Virus record (IMG/VR): IMGVR_UViG_3300036770_003738
Coordinates: 20,593-84,592 of that record
Reading direction: 5' to 3' (one strand)
From: a virus
DNA: 64,000 bases
The stretch's first letter is position 1, and every line of letters begins with the position of its first letter. Under the pieces are notes generated by a model that had not been told where the DNA came from, made no database searches, and saw only the letters and a list, made by a program, of their open reading frames with translations. A program made the translations under genes and the position numbers. Below, one piece after another: positions 49,874 to 59,496 of this stretch.

Positions 49874-50875
49874 ATGGCATCTTTAGCAGAAATTCGAGCA
49901 AGACTACAGGCAGCAGAAAACAACAAAGGTGGGCAATCCACTGGCGGCGGGGACAAGTCGATTTATCCTCACTGGAACATGGAAGAAGGCCAATCGGCCA
50001 CACTGCGCTTCCTCCCTGACGGCAACAGCAAAAACACATTCTTCTGGATCGAACGTGCAATGATCCGACTGCCTTTCAACGGCGTCAAAGGAGAAATGGA
50101 CTCCAAGCAGGTTATGGTACAAGTACCTTGCGTGGAAATGTGGGGCGAAGCTTGTCCGATCTTGGCAGAAGTACGCACCTGGTTCAAGGACAAGAGCCTT
50201 GAAGAAATGGGTCGCAAGTACTGGAAAAAGCGTTCGTATATTTTCCAAGGATTTGTGCGTGAGAACCCAATTGGTGACGACAAGACACCAGAAAACCCAA
50301 TTCGCAAGTTTATTATTGGCCCACAGTTGTTTAGCACAATCAAGTCAGCTCTGATGGATCCTGAACTGGAAGAATTGCCAACTGACATGATGCGTGGTCT
50401 GGACTTCCGTATCAGCAAAACATCCAAAGGTGGCTATGCTGACTACTCTACATCCAAGTGGGCACGTAAAGAGTCTGCTTTAACTGAAGCTGAACAAGCA
50501 GCCGTTGATACACATGGTTTGTTTGACTTGAGCACATTCTTGCCCAAGAAGCCAACTGCTACTGAACTAGCAGTAATCAAAGAGATGTTCGAAGCGTCAG
50601 TTGATGGTCAACCATATGACACAGAGCGTTGGGGACAATACTTCCGCCCTGCTGGTGTTAATGCACCTGCTGGTGGCGCAAGCACTGACGCTGATGATGT
50701 TCCTGCAGCAGCACCAGCAGCTCGTCCTGCTCCCGTGGCAGCACCAGCAGCACAATCTGCACCTTGGGAAGAAGATGCAGCCGAAGCAGCCGCAGCACCT
50801 GTTGTTAAACCAGCTGGTGGCAATCAAAAAGCCGAAGACATTTTGGCTATGATCCGTGCACGCCAAGCCAAGTGA
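49874..50875 (+). CDS. gp32: Single-stranded DNA-binding protein, T4 gp32-like
   Basis: LRFLP, C...CP zinc segment, YWKKRSY, GLDF, YADYSTS pattern; low-complexity C-terminal tail; upstream of uvsX. Confidence 0.9.
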   Translation: MASLAEIRARLQAAENNKGGQSTGGGDKSIYPHWNMEEGQSATLRFLPDGNSKNTFFWIERAMIRLPFNGVKGEMDSKQVMVQVPCVEMWGEACPILAEVRTWFKDKSLEEMGRKYWKKRSYIFQGFVRENPIGDDKTPENPIRKFIIGPQLFSTIKSALMDPELEELPTDMMRGLDFRISKTSKGGYADYSTSKWARKESALTEAEQAAVDTHGLFDLSTFLPKKPTATELAVIKEMFEASVDGQPYDTERWGQYFRPAGVNAPAGGASTDADDVPAAAPAARPAPVAAPAAQSAPWEEDAAEAAAAPVVKPAGGNQKAEDILAMIRARQAK

Positions 50876-50878
50876 TAG

Positions 50879-51799
50879 GTGAAATACTGTATTGATTACA
50901 GAAACGGTGGCATGGGCAATACAATACTTGCTCATGCCTTGTTTGCTTGCAATCAAGTTGATTTAGATTTAAACAATTTTTTTAGTAGCACTGGTAACTC
51001 ACATGCTATAGATAAAATTAACAAATCTAATTTGATTGCGCATCACTTGATTGAATTTCCTGACAGTTCTTTGACATGCGTGGCGCAAGTGGTTTGCCAA
51101 GATTGGTGGGAAGTACTACGTCTCAAGTTGTCTTACGCAAAATGGTTCGGAACTGTGCCAATGTTAATTAACATAGATAAGTTTTTTACTTATTCTGCGG
51201 ACGTTAAAAAAGAACAAGAACAGTTATGGCATCAGTTTTACAACGTTTATAAAGACGTATCGTGGCCTATGTGCAATAGCATTGATGATATTGTAAATCT
51301 TCCAATTAAAATTCAACAAGAGATCAATCAAGTATTTGTCAAAGCAGATATATCTATTCCACGAACTGAAAAACAGTTCGTGGAATGGTTAGCAACTACA
51401 TACTACGATATGTTTTGCAAACTTGACAAAACTGTTCCTCACTCTAAGGTAATTTTGCTAGGTGATTACATTCAGGGAAATTTGACTGGTCTAATAGATC
51501 TCTGCGAATCCGTAATGGATTGGGTGTGGGATCACTCTCGTAGTCAGCAGTTTCGTAACAAGATGTTATCAGTAAATCAGAAATACTTTGATTGGCTAGA
51601 TCAGATCAAAACAGCAACAGTCTCTCGCGTGGTAAACAATTTAGAGACATGGGAACAGTCGTTGGTACTTGCCAAGTGGTGTGTTGATCATAATCAACAC
51701 CCAAGAAATTTAAATTGGGGTAGTATTGATTGCAATACAGATACAAACAATTTATACTTAAACACATTATTAAGGAAACATTATGGGAAAACCATTTGA
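50879..51799 (+). CDS. Hypothetical protein (GTG start)
   Basis: ORF between gp32 and uvsX; GGMGN near the N-terminus; YKDVSWP..C...LP..I..EI segment. Confidence 0.6.
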   Translation: MKYCIDYRNGGMGNTILAHALFACNQVDLDLNNFFSSTGNSHAIDKINKSNLIAHHLIEFPDSSLTCVAQVVCQDWWEVLRLKLSYAKWFGTVPMLINIDKFFTYSADVKKEQEQLWHQFYNVYKDVSWPMCNSIDDIVNLPIKIQQEINQVFVKADISIPRTEKQFVEWLATTYYDMFCKLDKTVPHSKVILLGDYIQGNLTGLIDLCESVMDWVWDHSRSQQFRNKMLSVNQKYFDWLDQIKTATVSRVVNNLETWEQSLVLAKWCVDHNQHPRNLNWGSIDCNTDTNNLYLNTLLRKHYGKTI

Positions 51800-52844
51800 C
51801 ATTTCAAAGTTCCGCAAGGAAATCACTAAGAGCATCGACGGCCTTAGTATCGGGTTCAATGACCCAACAGACTGGATTTCAACAGGCAACTATGCCTTGA
51901 ACTACTTGATCTCTGGTGACTTTAATAAAGGTATTCCGTTGGGCAAGGTCACAGTGTTTGCTGGTGATTCTGGCGCAGGTAAAAGTTATATTTGTTCTGG
52001 TAACATTGTCAAGCATGCACAAGAACAAGGTATCTTTGTGGTTCTGATTGACTCAGAAAACGCACTTGACGAAGATTGGCTCAAAGCACTCGGAGTTGAC
52101 ACTAGCGACAGTAAGTTACTCAAATTGAGCATGGCTATGATCGATGATGTAGCAAAAACTATTGCTACGTTCATGAGTGACTACAAGGCTCTGCCTGATG
52201 GTGATCGCCCTAAGGTACTGTTTGTGATTGACAGCTTGGGCATGTTGTTAACCCCCACTGATGTAAACCAGTTTGAATCAGGTGAAATGAAGGGCGACCT
52301 AGGTCGTAAGCCCAAAGCACTTACTGCTTTGGTTCGTAACTGCGTAAACATGTTTGGTAGCTATAACGTGGGTTTGGTATGTACCAACCACACTTATGCA
52401 AGCCAGGATATGTTTGACCCTGATGACAAGATTTCTGGTGGACAGGGCTTTATCTACGCAAGCAGTATTGTGGTTGCTATGAAAAAGATGAAGTTAAAAG
52501 AAGATGAGGACGGCAATAAGGTTTCGGATGTAAATGGTATTCGTGCTGGTTGCAAGGTCATGAAAACACGCTACGCCAAACCGTTTGAAGGGGTGCAAGT
52601 CAAGATTCCTTATACTACAGGTATGAGTCCCTATTCAGGACTAGTGGACTTGATTGAGAAAAAGAACTTGCTCAAGCGTGAAGGTAACAGCTTGGTGTTT
52701 ACCACAAGTGATGGCGAAATCATCAAGAAGTTCCGCAAGGCATGGGAAAAGAATGATGACGGGTGTCTTGACACAGTGATGAAAGACTTTGGGAATCAGA
52801 AAGAAGAGGTAAGTACCGCTGATACTGAACAGGAGGACAACTAA
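51783..52844 (+). CDS. uvsX: RecA-like recombinase UvsX
   Basis: GDSGAGKS Walker A, IDSE, VIDSLG, TNHTY and SGG motifs. Confidence 0.95.
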   Translation: MGKPFDISKFRKEITKSIDGLSIGFNDPTDWISTGNYALNYLISGDFNKGIPLGKVTVFAGDSGAGKSYICSGNIVKHAQEQGIFVVLIDSENALDEDWLKALGVDTSDSKLLKLSMAMIDDVAKTIATFMSDYKALPDGDRPKVLFVIDSLGMLLTPTDVNQFESGEMKGDLGRKPKALTALVRNCVNMFGSYNVGLVCTNHTYASQDMFDPDDKISGGQGFIYASSIVVAMKKMKLKEDEDGNKVSDVNGIRAGCKVMKTRYAKPFEGVQVKIPYTTGMSPYSGLVDLIEKKNLLKREGNSLVFTTSDGEIIKKFRKAWEKNDDGCLDTVMKDFGNQKEEVSTADTEQEDN

Positions 52845-53098
52845 TGATTGAATCAGTAGCCAGCGAACTGTGGGGAGAACTCAAGCGTTTTGTAAACACA
52901 GTTGATCGAGCTGAAGCAGCAGATACTGTGCTGAGTATTCTTATTGACAACGATTGTGACATAGATGATATCAAAGAAGCGTTTAAAGGTGATGCTGATA
53001 TCAAACGTGCATTAGCAGTTTACATTGACAACAACGAAGAAGTCGAAGAAGAAGAAGAAGATTTAGATTACGACGAAGACGAAGACTGGGAAAACTAA
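52844..53098 (+). CDS. Small acidic hypothetical protein
   Basis: Coupled to uvsX; poly-Asp/Glu tail. Confidence 0.7.
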   Translation: MIESVASELWGELKRFVNTVDRAEAADTVLSILIDNDCDIDDIKEAFKGDADIKRALAVYIDNNEEVEEEEEDLDYDEDEDWEN

Positions 53099-53551
53099 AT
53101 GTGGTACAATCGAATAGTTGCAGACTTGTCTCTAATCCCAGACTTTATTTTGCACTACGAGGCAGAACTGGTCTCGGCTAAAAAAGACTGCGCTATCGGC
53201 GGCCTGGTAGAACGAAATCTCAAAGAACTACCAGGCACTACAGAACATCGTTTTTATCAGCTTCAAGAAATTGAAGCTGTACTAAACTACCTAAACATTC
53301 AACTTCGCAAGATTCGTCGCAAACACTTTCAAAAGTATCTCGAAGGTTATGCTAGAGCATTAACCAGCAGAGATGCTGAAAAGTATGTGGACGGCGAAGA
53401 CGAAGTAATTGATTATGAAACCATTATCAACGAAGTTGCATTATTGCGAAATCGTTGGTTAGGTATCATGAAAGGTCTTGAAACCAAACAATGGCAGCTG
53501 GGGCATATCACTAGATTGCGTACTGCTGGCATGGAAGATATTACTGTTTAA
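53099..53551 (+). CDS. uvsY: Recombination mediator UvsY-like
   Basis: Helical ~150 aa protein near uvsX; YLE.Y...LT...KYVDGED...KQWQL pattern. Confidence 0.7.
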   Translation: MWYNRIVADLSLIPDFILHYEAELVSAKKDCAIGGLVERNLKELPGTTEHRFYQLQEIEAVLNYLNIQLRKIRRKHFQKYLEGYARALTSRDAEKYVDGEDEVIDYETIINEVALLRNRWLGIMKGLETKQWQLGHITRLRTAGMEDITV

Positions 53552-53558
53552 GGAAAAG

Positions 53559-54659
53559 ATGAGTTATTTGTTTACTAGTGAAAGCGTGAGCGAAGGCCAC
53601 CCAGACAAAGTGGCTGATGCCATCAGCGATGCTGTGCTAGATTTAGTAATGGCACAGCAAAACTCTGCACTGCGTTGTGCATGTGAAACGCTGGTTACTA
53701 CCAATAGAGTAGTTGTTGCTGGTGAGTACAAAGGCACATTAAGCGATCAGGAAGTCGAACAAACCGTTCGTGAAGTTGTGCGAGATGTGGGCTACGAACA
53801 ATCGGGATTTGATTGGCGCACACTAGAAGTTACCAATTTACTACACGGGCAAAGTGCTGACATTGCCTTGGGCACAGACTCATTTGGCGCAGGCGACCAA
53901 GGTCTAATGTTTGGTTATGCATGCAATGAAACTGATAGCTACATGCCCAGCGCCATTTACTGGAGTCACTGTATTGTAGAAGGCCTGGCGCAAGCCCGTA
54001 AACATGGTGTAATTTCCTGGCTCGGCCCTGATGCCAAGAGCCAAGTTACATTTGAGTACGACGAACTCAATCGTCCAGTGCGCATTGCCAAGGTTGTTTG
54101 CAGTACACAGCACAGAGAATCAGTAGATATTACAACAGTTCGAGTTACGGTTGAAGCAATGATTCGCAACATCCTACCCGGAAAGTATGTGGACAATGCT
54201 ACGGAATTTTATATTAATCCTACTGGTCGTTTTGTTATTGGTGGTCCAGATGGTGATACTGGTCTTACTGGCCGGAAGATTATCGTGGACACCTACGGCG
54301 GTTATAGCCCGCACGGTGGCGGCGCTTTTAGTGGAAAAGACCCCACCAAAGTAGACCGATCAGCAGCTTACATGATGCGTTACATTGCTAAAAACATTGT
54401 GGCCAAAGGACACGCACCTTGGGCAACTTGCCAGATTAGTTATGCTATTGGTATGAAGGATCCTATGAGTTTTTATATTGAAACTCAAGATGCAGCATTG
54501 AGTCGCAGACTTACCGCGCAGGTCCAAGATTTAGTTGATTTAACACCACAGGGTATTATCAAACGATTTGATCTGTTCCGACCTATCTATAGTCAGACTA
54601 CCAACTATGGACACTTTGGCAAGGCCGATCTTCCTTGGGAAAAGATTGACCTGTTCTGA
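53559..54659 (+). CDS. metK: S-adenosylmethionine synthetase
   Basis: FTSESVSEGHPDK, GAGDQG, GGGAFSGKD and YGHFG signatures; AAGGA SD. Confidence 0.97.
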   Translation: MSYLFTSESVSEGHPDKVADAISDAVLDLVMAQQNSALRCACETLVTTNRVVVAGEYKGTLSDQEVEQTVREVVRDVGYEQSGFDWRTLEVTNLLHGQSADIALGTDSFGAGDQGLMFGYACNETDSYMPSAIYWSHCIVEGLAQARKHGVISWLGPDAKSQVTFEYDELNRPVRIAKVVCSTQHRESVDITTVRVTVEAMIRNILPGKYVDNATEFYINPTGRFVIGGPDGDTGLTGRKIIVDTYGGYSPHGGGAFSGKDPTKVDRSAAYMMRYIAKNIVAKGHAPWATCQISYAIGMKDPMSFYIETQDAALSRRLTAQVQDLVDLTPQGIIKRFDLFRPIYSQTTNYGHFGKADLPWEKIDLF

Positions 54660-54679
54660 CGCTGCGTTTAAATAGCAAT

Positions 54680-55444
54680 ATGAAAATTGTTATCGTTACT
54701 GGCGGATTTGATCCAGTTCACAGCGGTCACCTGGCTTACTTTCAAGCAGCAAAGAAGTTAGGCGACAAACTAATAGTAGGACTCAATTCAGATGCATGGC
54801 TTGCCCGTAAAAAAGGCAAGCCTTTTATGCCTATGAGTGAACGTTTTGCATTGATTAGTGCATTGCGTATTGTAGATGAAGTAATCACCTACAACGACGA
54901 CGATGGTTCTAGTAGAGATGCTATAAGAAAAATCAGACTCAAGTATCCCAACGCTGAAATTATCTTTGCCAACGGCGGAGACCGTACAAAAGAAAACATT
55001 CCCGAAATGGATGTAGCCGACTCTGGCACTACATTTGTATTTGGAGTAGGCGGAGAAGACAAAAAGAATTCTAGTAGCTGGATTCTAGAAGACTGGAAAA
55101 AACCCAAGACTGAACGTACCTGGGGTTATTATCGTGTGCTACACGAAGTTGGCACAGAAACCAAACTCAAAGAACTTACAGTAGCTCCTAAGACTTGTTT
55201 GAGCATGCAACGACACGATCAACGAGCAGAGTTTTGGTTCGTAGCTGAGGGCACAGCCACAGTGTACACACTAGATGAATCGTCAACTGATCAAGAAGTT
55301 AAATGCCATCTTTCGGCGCATGAGCACACATTTATCACTTGTAAAGAATGGCATCAGTTGTGCAACGAAACAGACCAACCTCTTCGACTGATTGAGATTC
55401 AGTATGGTGCTAACTGTGTAGAAGAGGATATCGAACGCCGATGA
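54680..55444 (+). CDS. Cytidylyltransferase-like (TagD/HldE-II fold) fused to a mannose-6-P-isomerase-type cupin
   Basis: GGFDPVHSGH (HxGH), GLNSD, ANGGDR, SSS; then ERTWG.Y, LSMQRH..RAEFW, IEIQYG...EEDIER; TAAATA at 54669-54674. Confidence 0.88.
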   Translation: MKIVIVTGGFDPVHSGHLAYFQAAKKLGDKLIVGLNSDAWLARKKGKPFMPMSERFALISALRIVDEVITYNDDDGSSRDAIRKIRLKYPNAEIIFANGGDRTKENIPEMDVADSGTTFVFGVGGEDKKNSSSWILEDWKKPKTERTWGYYRVLHEVGTETKLKELTVAPKTCLSMQRHDQRAEFWFVAEGTATVYTLDESSTDQEVKCHLSAHEHTFITCKEWHQLCNETDQPLRLIEIQYGANCVEEDIERR

Positions 55445-56124
55445 AAGCTATTCCGGTTTATATTGGCTACGATCCTCGAGAAGCCATTGCATACCATACT
55501 TGTGCTAACAGTATTATTCGCAACAGCAGTAGACCTGTAGCAATTGTGCCTATTGCTTTGAATCTATTTAAAGAATACAACGAAACACACACCGACGGTA
55601 GCAATCATTTTATCTATACTCGATTCTTGGTTCCTTATCTCAACGACTTTACTGGACATGCTATCTTTATTGATGGTGATATGATTGTTCGTGGTGATAT
55701 TGCTGAACTATGGGACTTGCGTGATGTCAGCAAAGACGTACAAGTAGTCAAGCACGACTATCAAACACGTATGGCTGAAAAGTATCTAGGAGCAAAAAAT
55801 GAAAACTATCCTAGGAAAAATTGGTCTAGTGTGATCTTATGGAACTGTAACAGTTTCCCTAATAGACGTTTGATGCCTGACTTTGTACAACGATCAACTG
55901 GCGCCGAGTTGCACAGATTTACCTGGCTTGAAGATGAACGTATCGGCGAACTGCCGAGAGAATGGAACTGGTTGCCCGATGAATACGGGCCAAATACCGA
56001 CGCTAAGTTACTGCACTACACACTTGGTACGCCATGCTTTCAAGAGTTTGCTGATACTCCACAAGGCAACGAGTGGCATCGCGAGCGCATACTGACAGAA
56101 TACTGTCAACAAAGGAACATATGA
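55441..56124 (+). CDS. GT-A glycosyltransferase (GT8/CDI-like)
   Basis: IGYDPRE, RFLVP, FIDGD, YPRKNWSS, WNWL, HYTLG motifs. Confidence 0.85.
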   Translation: MKAIPVYIGYDPREAIAYHTCANSIIRNSSRPVAIVPIALNLFKEYNETHTDGSNHFIYTRFLVPYLNDFTGHAIFIDGDMIVRGDIAELWDLRDVSKDVQVVKHDYQTRMAEKYLGAKNENYPRKNWSSVILWNCNSFPNRRLMPDFVQRSTGAELHRFTWLEDERIGELPREWNWLPDEYGPNTDAKLLHYTLGTPCFQEFADTPQGNEWHRERILTEYCQQRNI

Positions 56125-57170
56125 CATTACCATTAGCTGTGGTCGAACGCTGGCCCATGGAGGAATACAAGAATCAACATCCAGATGATCTAGTAGCTGC
56201 GTTGAAACACATCAATCGGGATGCGTTGGCTTTGTATTATGAACTACAGGATCTGTACCAACAATTTCGTAATACCAATGATAAAGACGACAAGCGCCTG
56301 GACAAGTTGTTAGATGTAGAAATTCGCAATAAAGAAGAACGCCTGTTTAGACTGATTAAGTTTAACGATTATCCTGCTATGGTTATGGCGGCATATCCTG
56401 ATGCCCAATTTATAGACAGCTACACTTATAAACGTGCTCGTAAAACAATCACAGATGATATTCTAATACGTGGTATTAGTTCAGGAGATTATGCCAAGCA
56501 TGCTCTAGAAACCAATAGAAACTTTTACTTTATTGAAACCGGCTACTTAGGCAATTATCGCTGTGACAACAATCAAACAGGCAGAAAGATCTATCATCGC
56601 ATAGAAAAAAACTCCATGCAGCAGAGCCGCATTATGGATGTGCCCGACGATCGGTGGCGTGATCTATGTGCGTTCAACCCTAGTCTAAATTATCAAGGCT
56701 GGAAACGCCCTGGCGGCAAGATCTTGTTAATCATGAGCACAGACAAACCCTTTGAATATTACGGTACTACCAAGGATGCCTGGGTTGATTCAACCATTGC
56801 TACTCTAAAACAACACAGCGACAGAGAGATTGTGATCAGACAAAAAGCTGGTCGCGGCGAGCGCACCAATGACACAATCTACGACGCACTGGACCAAGAT
56901 ATCTACGCTGTAGTAACCTATAACAGTATTGCCGCAGTAGAAGCAATACAGTATGGTATTCCTGCTTTTTGCACAGCACCCACTGCAGCTAGCCCTGTAA
57001 CCACAGCAGACTTCTCACAGATAGAAAATCCTCCGAGACTGAGCGAAGACATCATTTACAAATGGTTGAGCAGTGTGGCCTATGGACAGTTTAGTTTGAA
57101 TGAAATATTGACAGGCAAGGCCTGGAGTTTGGTACAAGAAAATGAACAGCGCCCGACCTTTAGTTATTAA
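56121..57170 (+). CDS. KpsS/KpsC-like (capsule synthesis) GT-B protein
   Basis: ETGY...R, IVIR.K, TYNSIAAVEA...GIP pattern; start MTLPL after AAGGA. Confidence 0.55.
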   Translation: MTLPLAVVERWPMEEYKNQHPDDLVAALKHINRDALALYYELQDLYQQFRNTNDKDDKRLDKLLDVEIRNKEERLFRLIKFNDYPAMVMAAYPDAQFIDSYTYKRARKTITDDILIRGISSGDYAKHALETNRNFYFIETGYLGNYRCDNNQTGRKIYHRIEKNSMQQSRIMDVPDDRWRDLCAFNPSLNYQGWKRPGGKILLIMSTDKPFEYYGTTKDAWVDSTIATLKQHSDREIVIRQKAGRGERTNDTIYDALDQDIYAVVTYNSIAAVEAIQYGIPAFCTAPTAASPVTTADFSQIENPPRLSEDIIYKWLSSVAYGQFSLNEILTGKAWSLVQENEQRPTFSY

Positions 57171-58092
57171 AAGCTATCTCAGCAGTTTGCCCCGGCACAT
57201 CAACGGCGAAGAAAAAATCAACGCACTCACTTTCTTTGCTGAAGGTGCTGCTCGTTGCGGCGACTCGGCTACAACTACACACAGCCAGCATTATGAATCA
57301 TGTGATGTAGGGGCAATCATTGGCAACGCATTTGATGCTAATCCGGGCAAGGTTAACTTGCCGCACTACAAGGTGCGCAAGATGGTGATGGAGCAGCAAG
57401 CAGCTCGCAACAGGTATTGGCTCAGCATTGACAGCAATGTGTTCATCTACAAGGACAAGTTAAATCCGCATAGGTATCTGCGCTACAGTTTCAACGGTGT
57501 GTTTCCTGCTACTGGTATCTATTGCAACGAATCGCCTGGAGAAGAAAATTGGGCCCGCATGAGAGCTCATTATAACATGGACTTGAAACCATGGCGCACT
57601 AAAGGCAATCATATCTTGATCACACTGCAACGTCCTATGGGTTGGAGCATGCGAGGACAAGATCTGATGAATTGGCTAGAGTCTACGTTCAAACGCATTA
57701 GACAACACAGTGATCGTCCTATTGTGATACGTTGGCACCCGGGCGACTGGAAGAACTATCCTAAGTATGGCAACATCTTGGCCAAATACAATGCTGTAGT
57801 CAGTCCACAAGAGAGACATATAACAGAAGATTTAGTAAATTGTTGGGCCTTGGTGTGTCACAATTCTACGCCCAGTGCAGTTGCTCCTATAGAAGGCATT
57901 CCTGCATTTATAACAGATGACCCTAGTTACAGCCAGGGCGGTGATGTAGCTAACACAGATTTTGCTTTGTTGGAAAAACCCAATTTACCTGACCGCGAAC
58001 AATGGATCAGGCGTCTGGCGCAGTGTCACTGGAGCTTCGAAGATCTGCGTTCAGGTCGCTGCTGGGCTCACATGCGGCAGTGGGTCAAGTGA
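57142..58092 (+). CDS. KpsS/KpsC-like GT-B protein
   Basis: LITLQ, IVIRWHP, HNSTPS...EGIP motifs. Confidence 0.6.
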   Translation: MNSARPLVIKSYLSSLPRHINGEEKINALTFFAEGAARCGDSATTTHSQHYESCDVGAIIGNAFDANPGKVNLPHYKVRKMVMEQQAARNRYWLSIDSNVFIYKDKLNPHRYLRYSFNGVFPATGIYCNESPGEENWARMRAHYNMDLKPWRTKGNHILITLQRPMGWSMRGQDLMNWLESTFKRIRQHSDRPIVIRWHPGDWKNYPKYGNILAKYNAVVSPQERHITEDLVNCWALVCHNSTPSAVAPIEGIPAFITDDPSYSQGGDVANTDFALLEKPNLPDREQWIRRLAQCHWSFEDLRSGRCWAHMRQWVK

Positions 58093-58699
58093 TATGCTGA
58101 TAAATGTAGTCGTGCTTGATGTTATCAACCATCTGATAGCCCCATGACAACAACAGTGCATGAGCTTCGGCTCGTGTTTCTTGTTCAACTACCAGCACAG
58201 GATAAGACAGTTTGATATACTGTTCACCGCCTTGTAACACTTGTAGTTCAAACCCTTCTACGTCAATCTTGACAAAATCTGCCGGGGGGAGATTTAGGTC
58301 ATCTAGTCGTTGTAATGGAACCTTGACATCCCCTTGGTCACTTACTCGCGTTTTTCCATAGTTATCTGGAAAACGTTGCATCATTACTGTGCCTGCTTCT
58401 GCACCTAGTGCAGTGTGAAATATTTTTGTAGCAGGAGCATTGATCTTTAGATATTCGCAGTGCAGTTCTATTGGTTCGATAGCAAAGTTTTGTTTGAATT
58501 GTTGTTCTAGTGTGTGACTCCATAAGCCAAAGTTAGCACCTATGTCCACGCTGACCCTGAATTGTTTAACATAGCTCAGTGCTAGTCTGCGCACAGGTCC
58601 TTGATATTCTGCTGGTTCGCCTACTTTGGCATTGCGTTCAATAAACTTGCTGAAATGATCTTCGTCGTCAGGCAACCAGTAGTTGTGCAATTGTTTCAT
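58085..58699 (-). CDS. FkbM-family methyltransferase
   Basis: VDIGANFG, AIEP, RLDD, KIDVEGFE motifs. Confidence 0.92.
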   Translation of the reverse strand: MKQLHNYWLPDDEDHFSKFIERNAKVGEPAEYQGPVRRLALSYVKQFRVSVDIGANFGLWSHTLEQQFKQNFAIEPIELHCEYLKINAPATKIFHTALGAEAGTVMMQRFPDNYGKTRVSDQGDVKVPLQRLDDLNLPPADFVKIDVEGFELQVLQGGEQYIKLSYPVLVVEQETRAEAHALLLSWGYQMVDNIKHDYIYQHIT

Positions 58700-59481
58700 T
58701 GGTATTTGCCTTGCTCGTGTTTGAATATATCTAGCTCTTTGCGTTTGCCTTTGGCGCTCCAGATTGCGCTTTCGGGTCGCATAGCCCAGTCAATATAGCT
58801 CATAGGCAGCAAACCTTTACGATACAATGGAACCAATCTGTCCAGTATCACTTGGTCCAAGAACCAATAAAGATCATTCTTTTCTATGCTGGATTTCAAG
58901 TCACTAGCATAATGCTGCAAGAAATCGTGACTGCGCGGCCGTCCGTTGAACAACACAGCACCGGCTAGATGTGTGCCATCTTTGGGTTTTTCGTACAAAT
59001 AAAAATCTGACTGCCCTAGGTCATGCTCAAACGGTCCGCGCACCAAACCGTCTACATCAATGGCCAAACAACGCTGACCTAACTGTAGCACTTGAGCTAG
59101 ACGCACAAATCTGGCACAAGCATAATAGGTCTGGCGAATCAACTTTTCTGCTTCAACTGGTCCACCGACTCGTGCCTTTTTGCTCATTTGTTGTTGACGA
59201 GGGTTCTCAAATACAGTGCGGTTGATCCAGTATTGTGCAATTTCTGCCCAGTTGATCTGGTCAAGGTATTCGTATGTGCAACTTACACCGGTTTGATTGC
59301 AAAAATCAATCTGGTCTGGTCTTGGGTTGTAGATGTGGATATGGACTCCGTAATTAGGAGTGTTGTTTCGCACACTACGAATTAACGGGCGAGCATGAAC
59401 GTCAAAATAAACAGGGTCAGCAGCGGCGTACAAAAAGAATTTGTCTTGTGCTAGCTTTCCTTCTAGTGGTGGCATATGCAT
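58696..59481 (-). CDS. Putative GT-A glycosyltransferase
   Basis: CARF, IDVD (DxD), AG and WFLDQ motifs. Confidence 0.55.
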   Translation of the reverse strand: MHMPPLEGKLAQDKFFLYAAADPVYFDVHARPLIRSVRNNTPNYGVHIHIYNPRPDQIDFCNQTGVSCTYEYLDQINWAEIAQYWINRTVFENPRQQQMSKKARVGGPVEAEKLIRQTYYACARFVRLAQVLQLGQRCLAIDVDGLVRGPFEHDLGQSDFYLYEKPKDGTHLAGAVLFNGRPRSHDFLQHYASDLKSSIEKNDLYWFLDQVILDRLVPLYRKGLLPMSYIDWAMRPESAIWSAKGKRKELDIFKHEQGKYQ

Positions 59482-59482
59482 A

Positions 59483-59494
59483 TTAAATATTTAA
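59483..59494. promoter_or_regulatory. Palindromic bidirectional late promoter TTAAATATTTAA
   Basis: Perfect 12-bp palindrome with TAAATA on both strands, between divergent genes. Confidence 0.7.
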
Positions 59495-59496
59495 CT

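Noticed and set aside
46396-52844. Inteins or introns in the terminase or UvsX
   Set aside because: Both ORFs have normal length and contiguous motifs; no splice-junction or homing-endonuclease motifs were seen.
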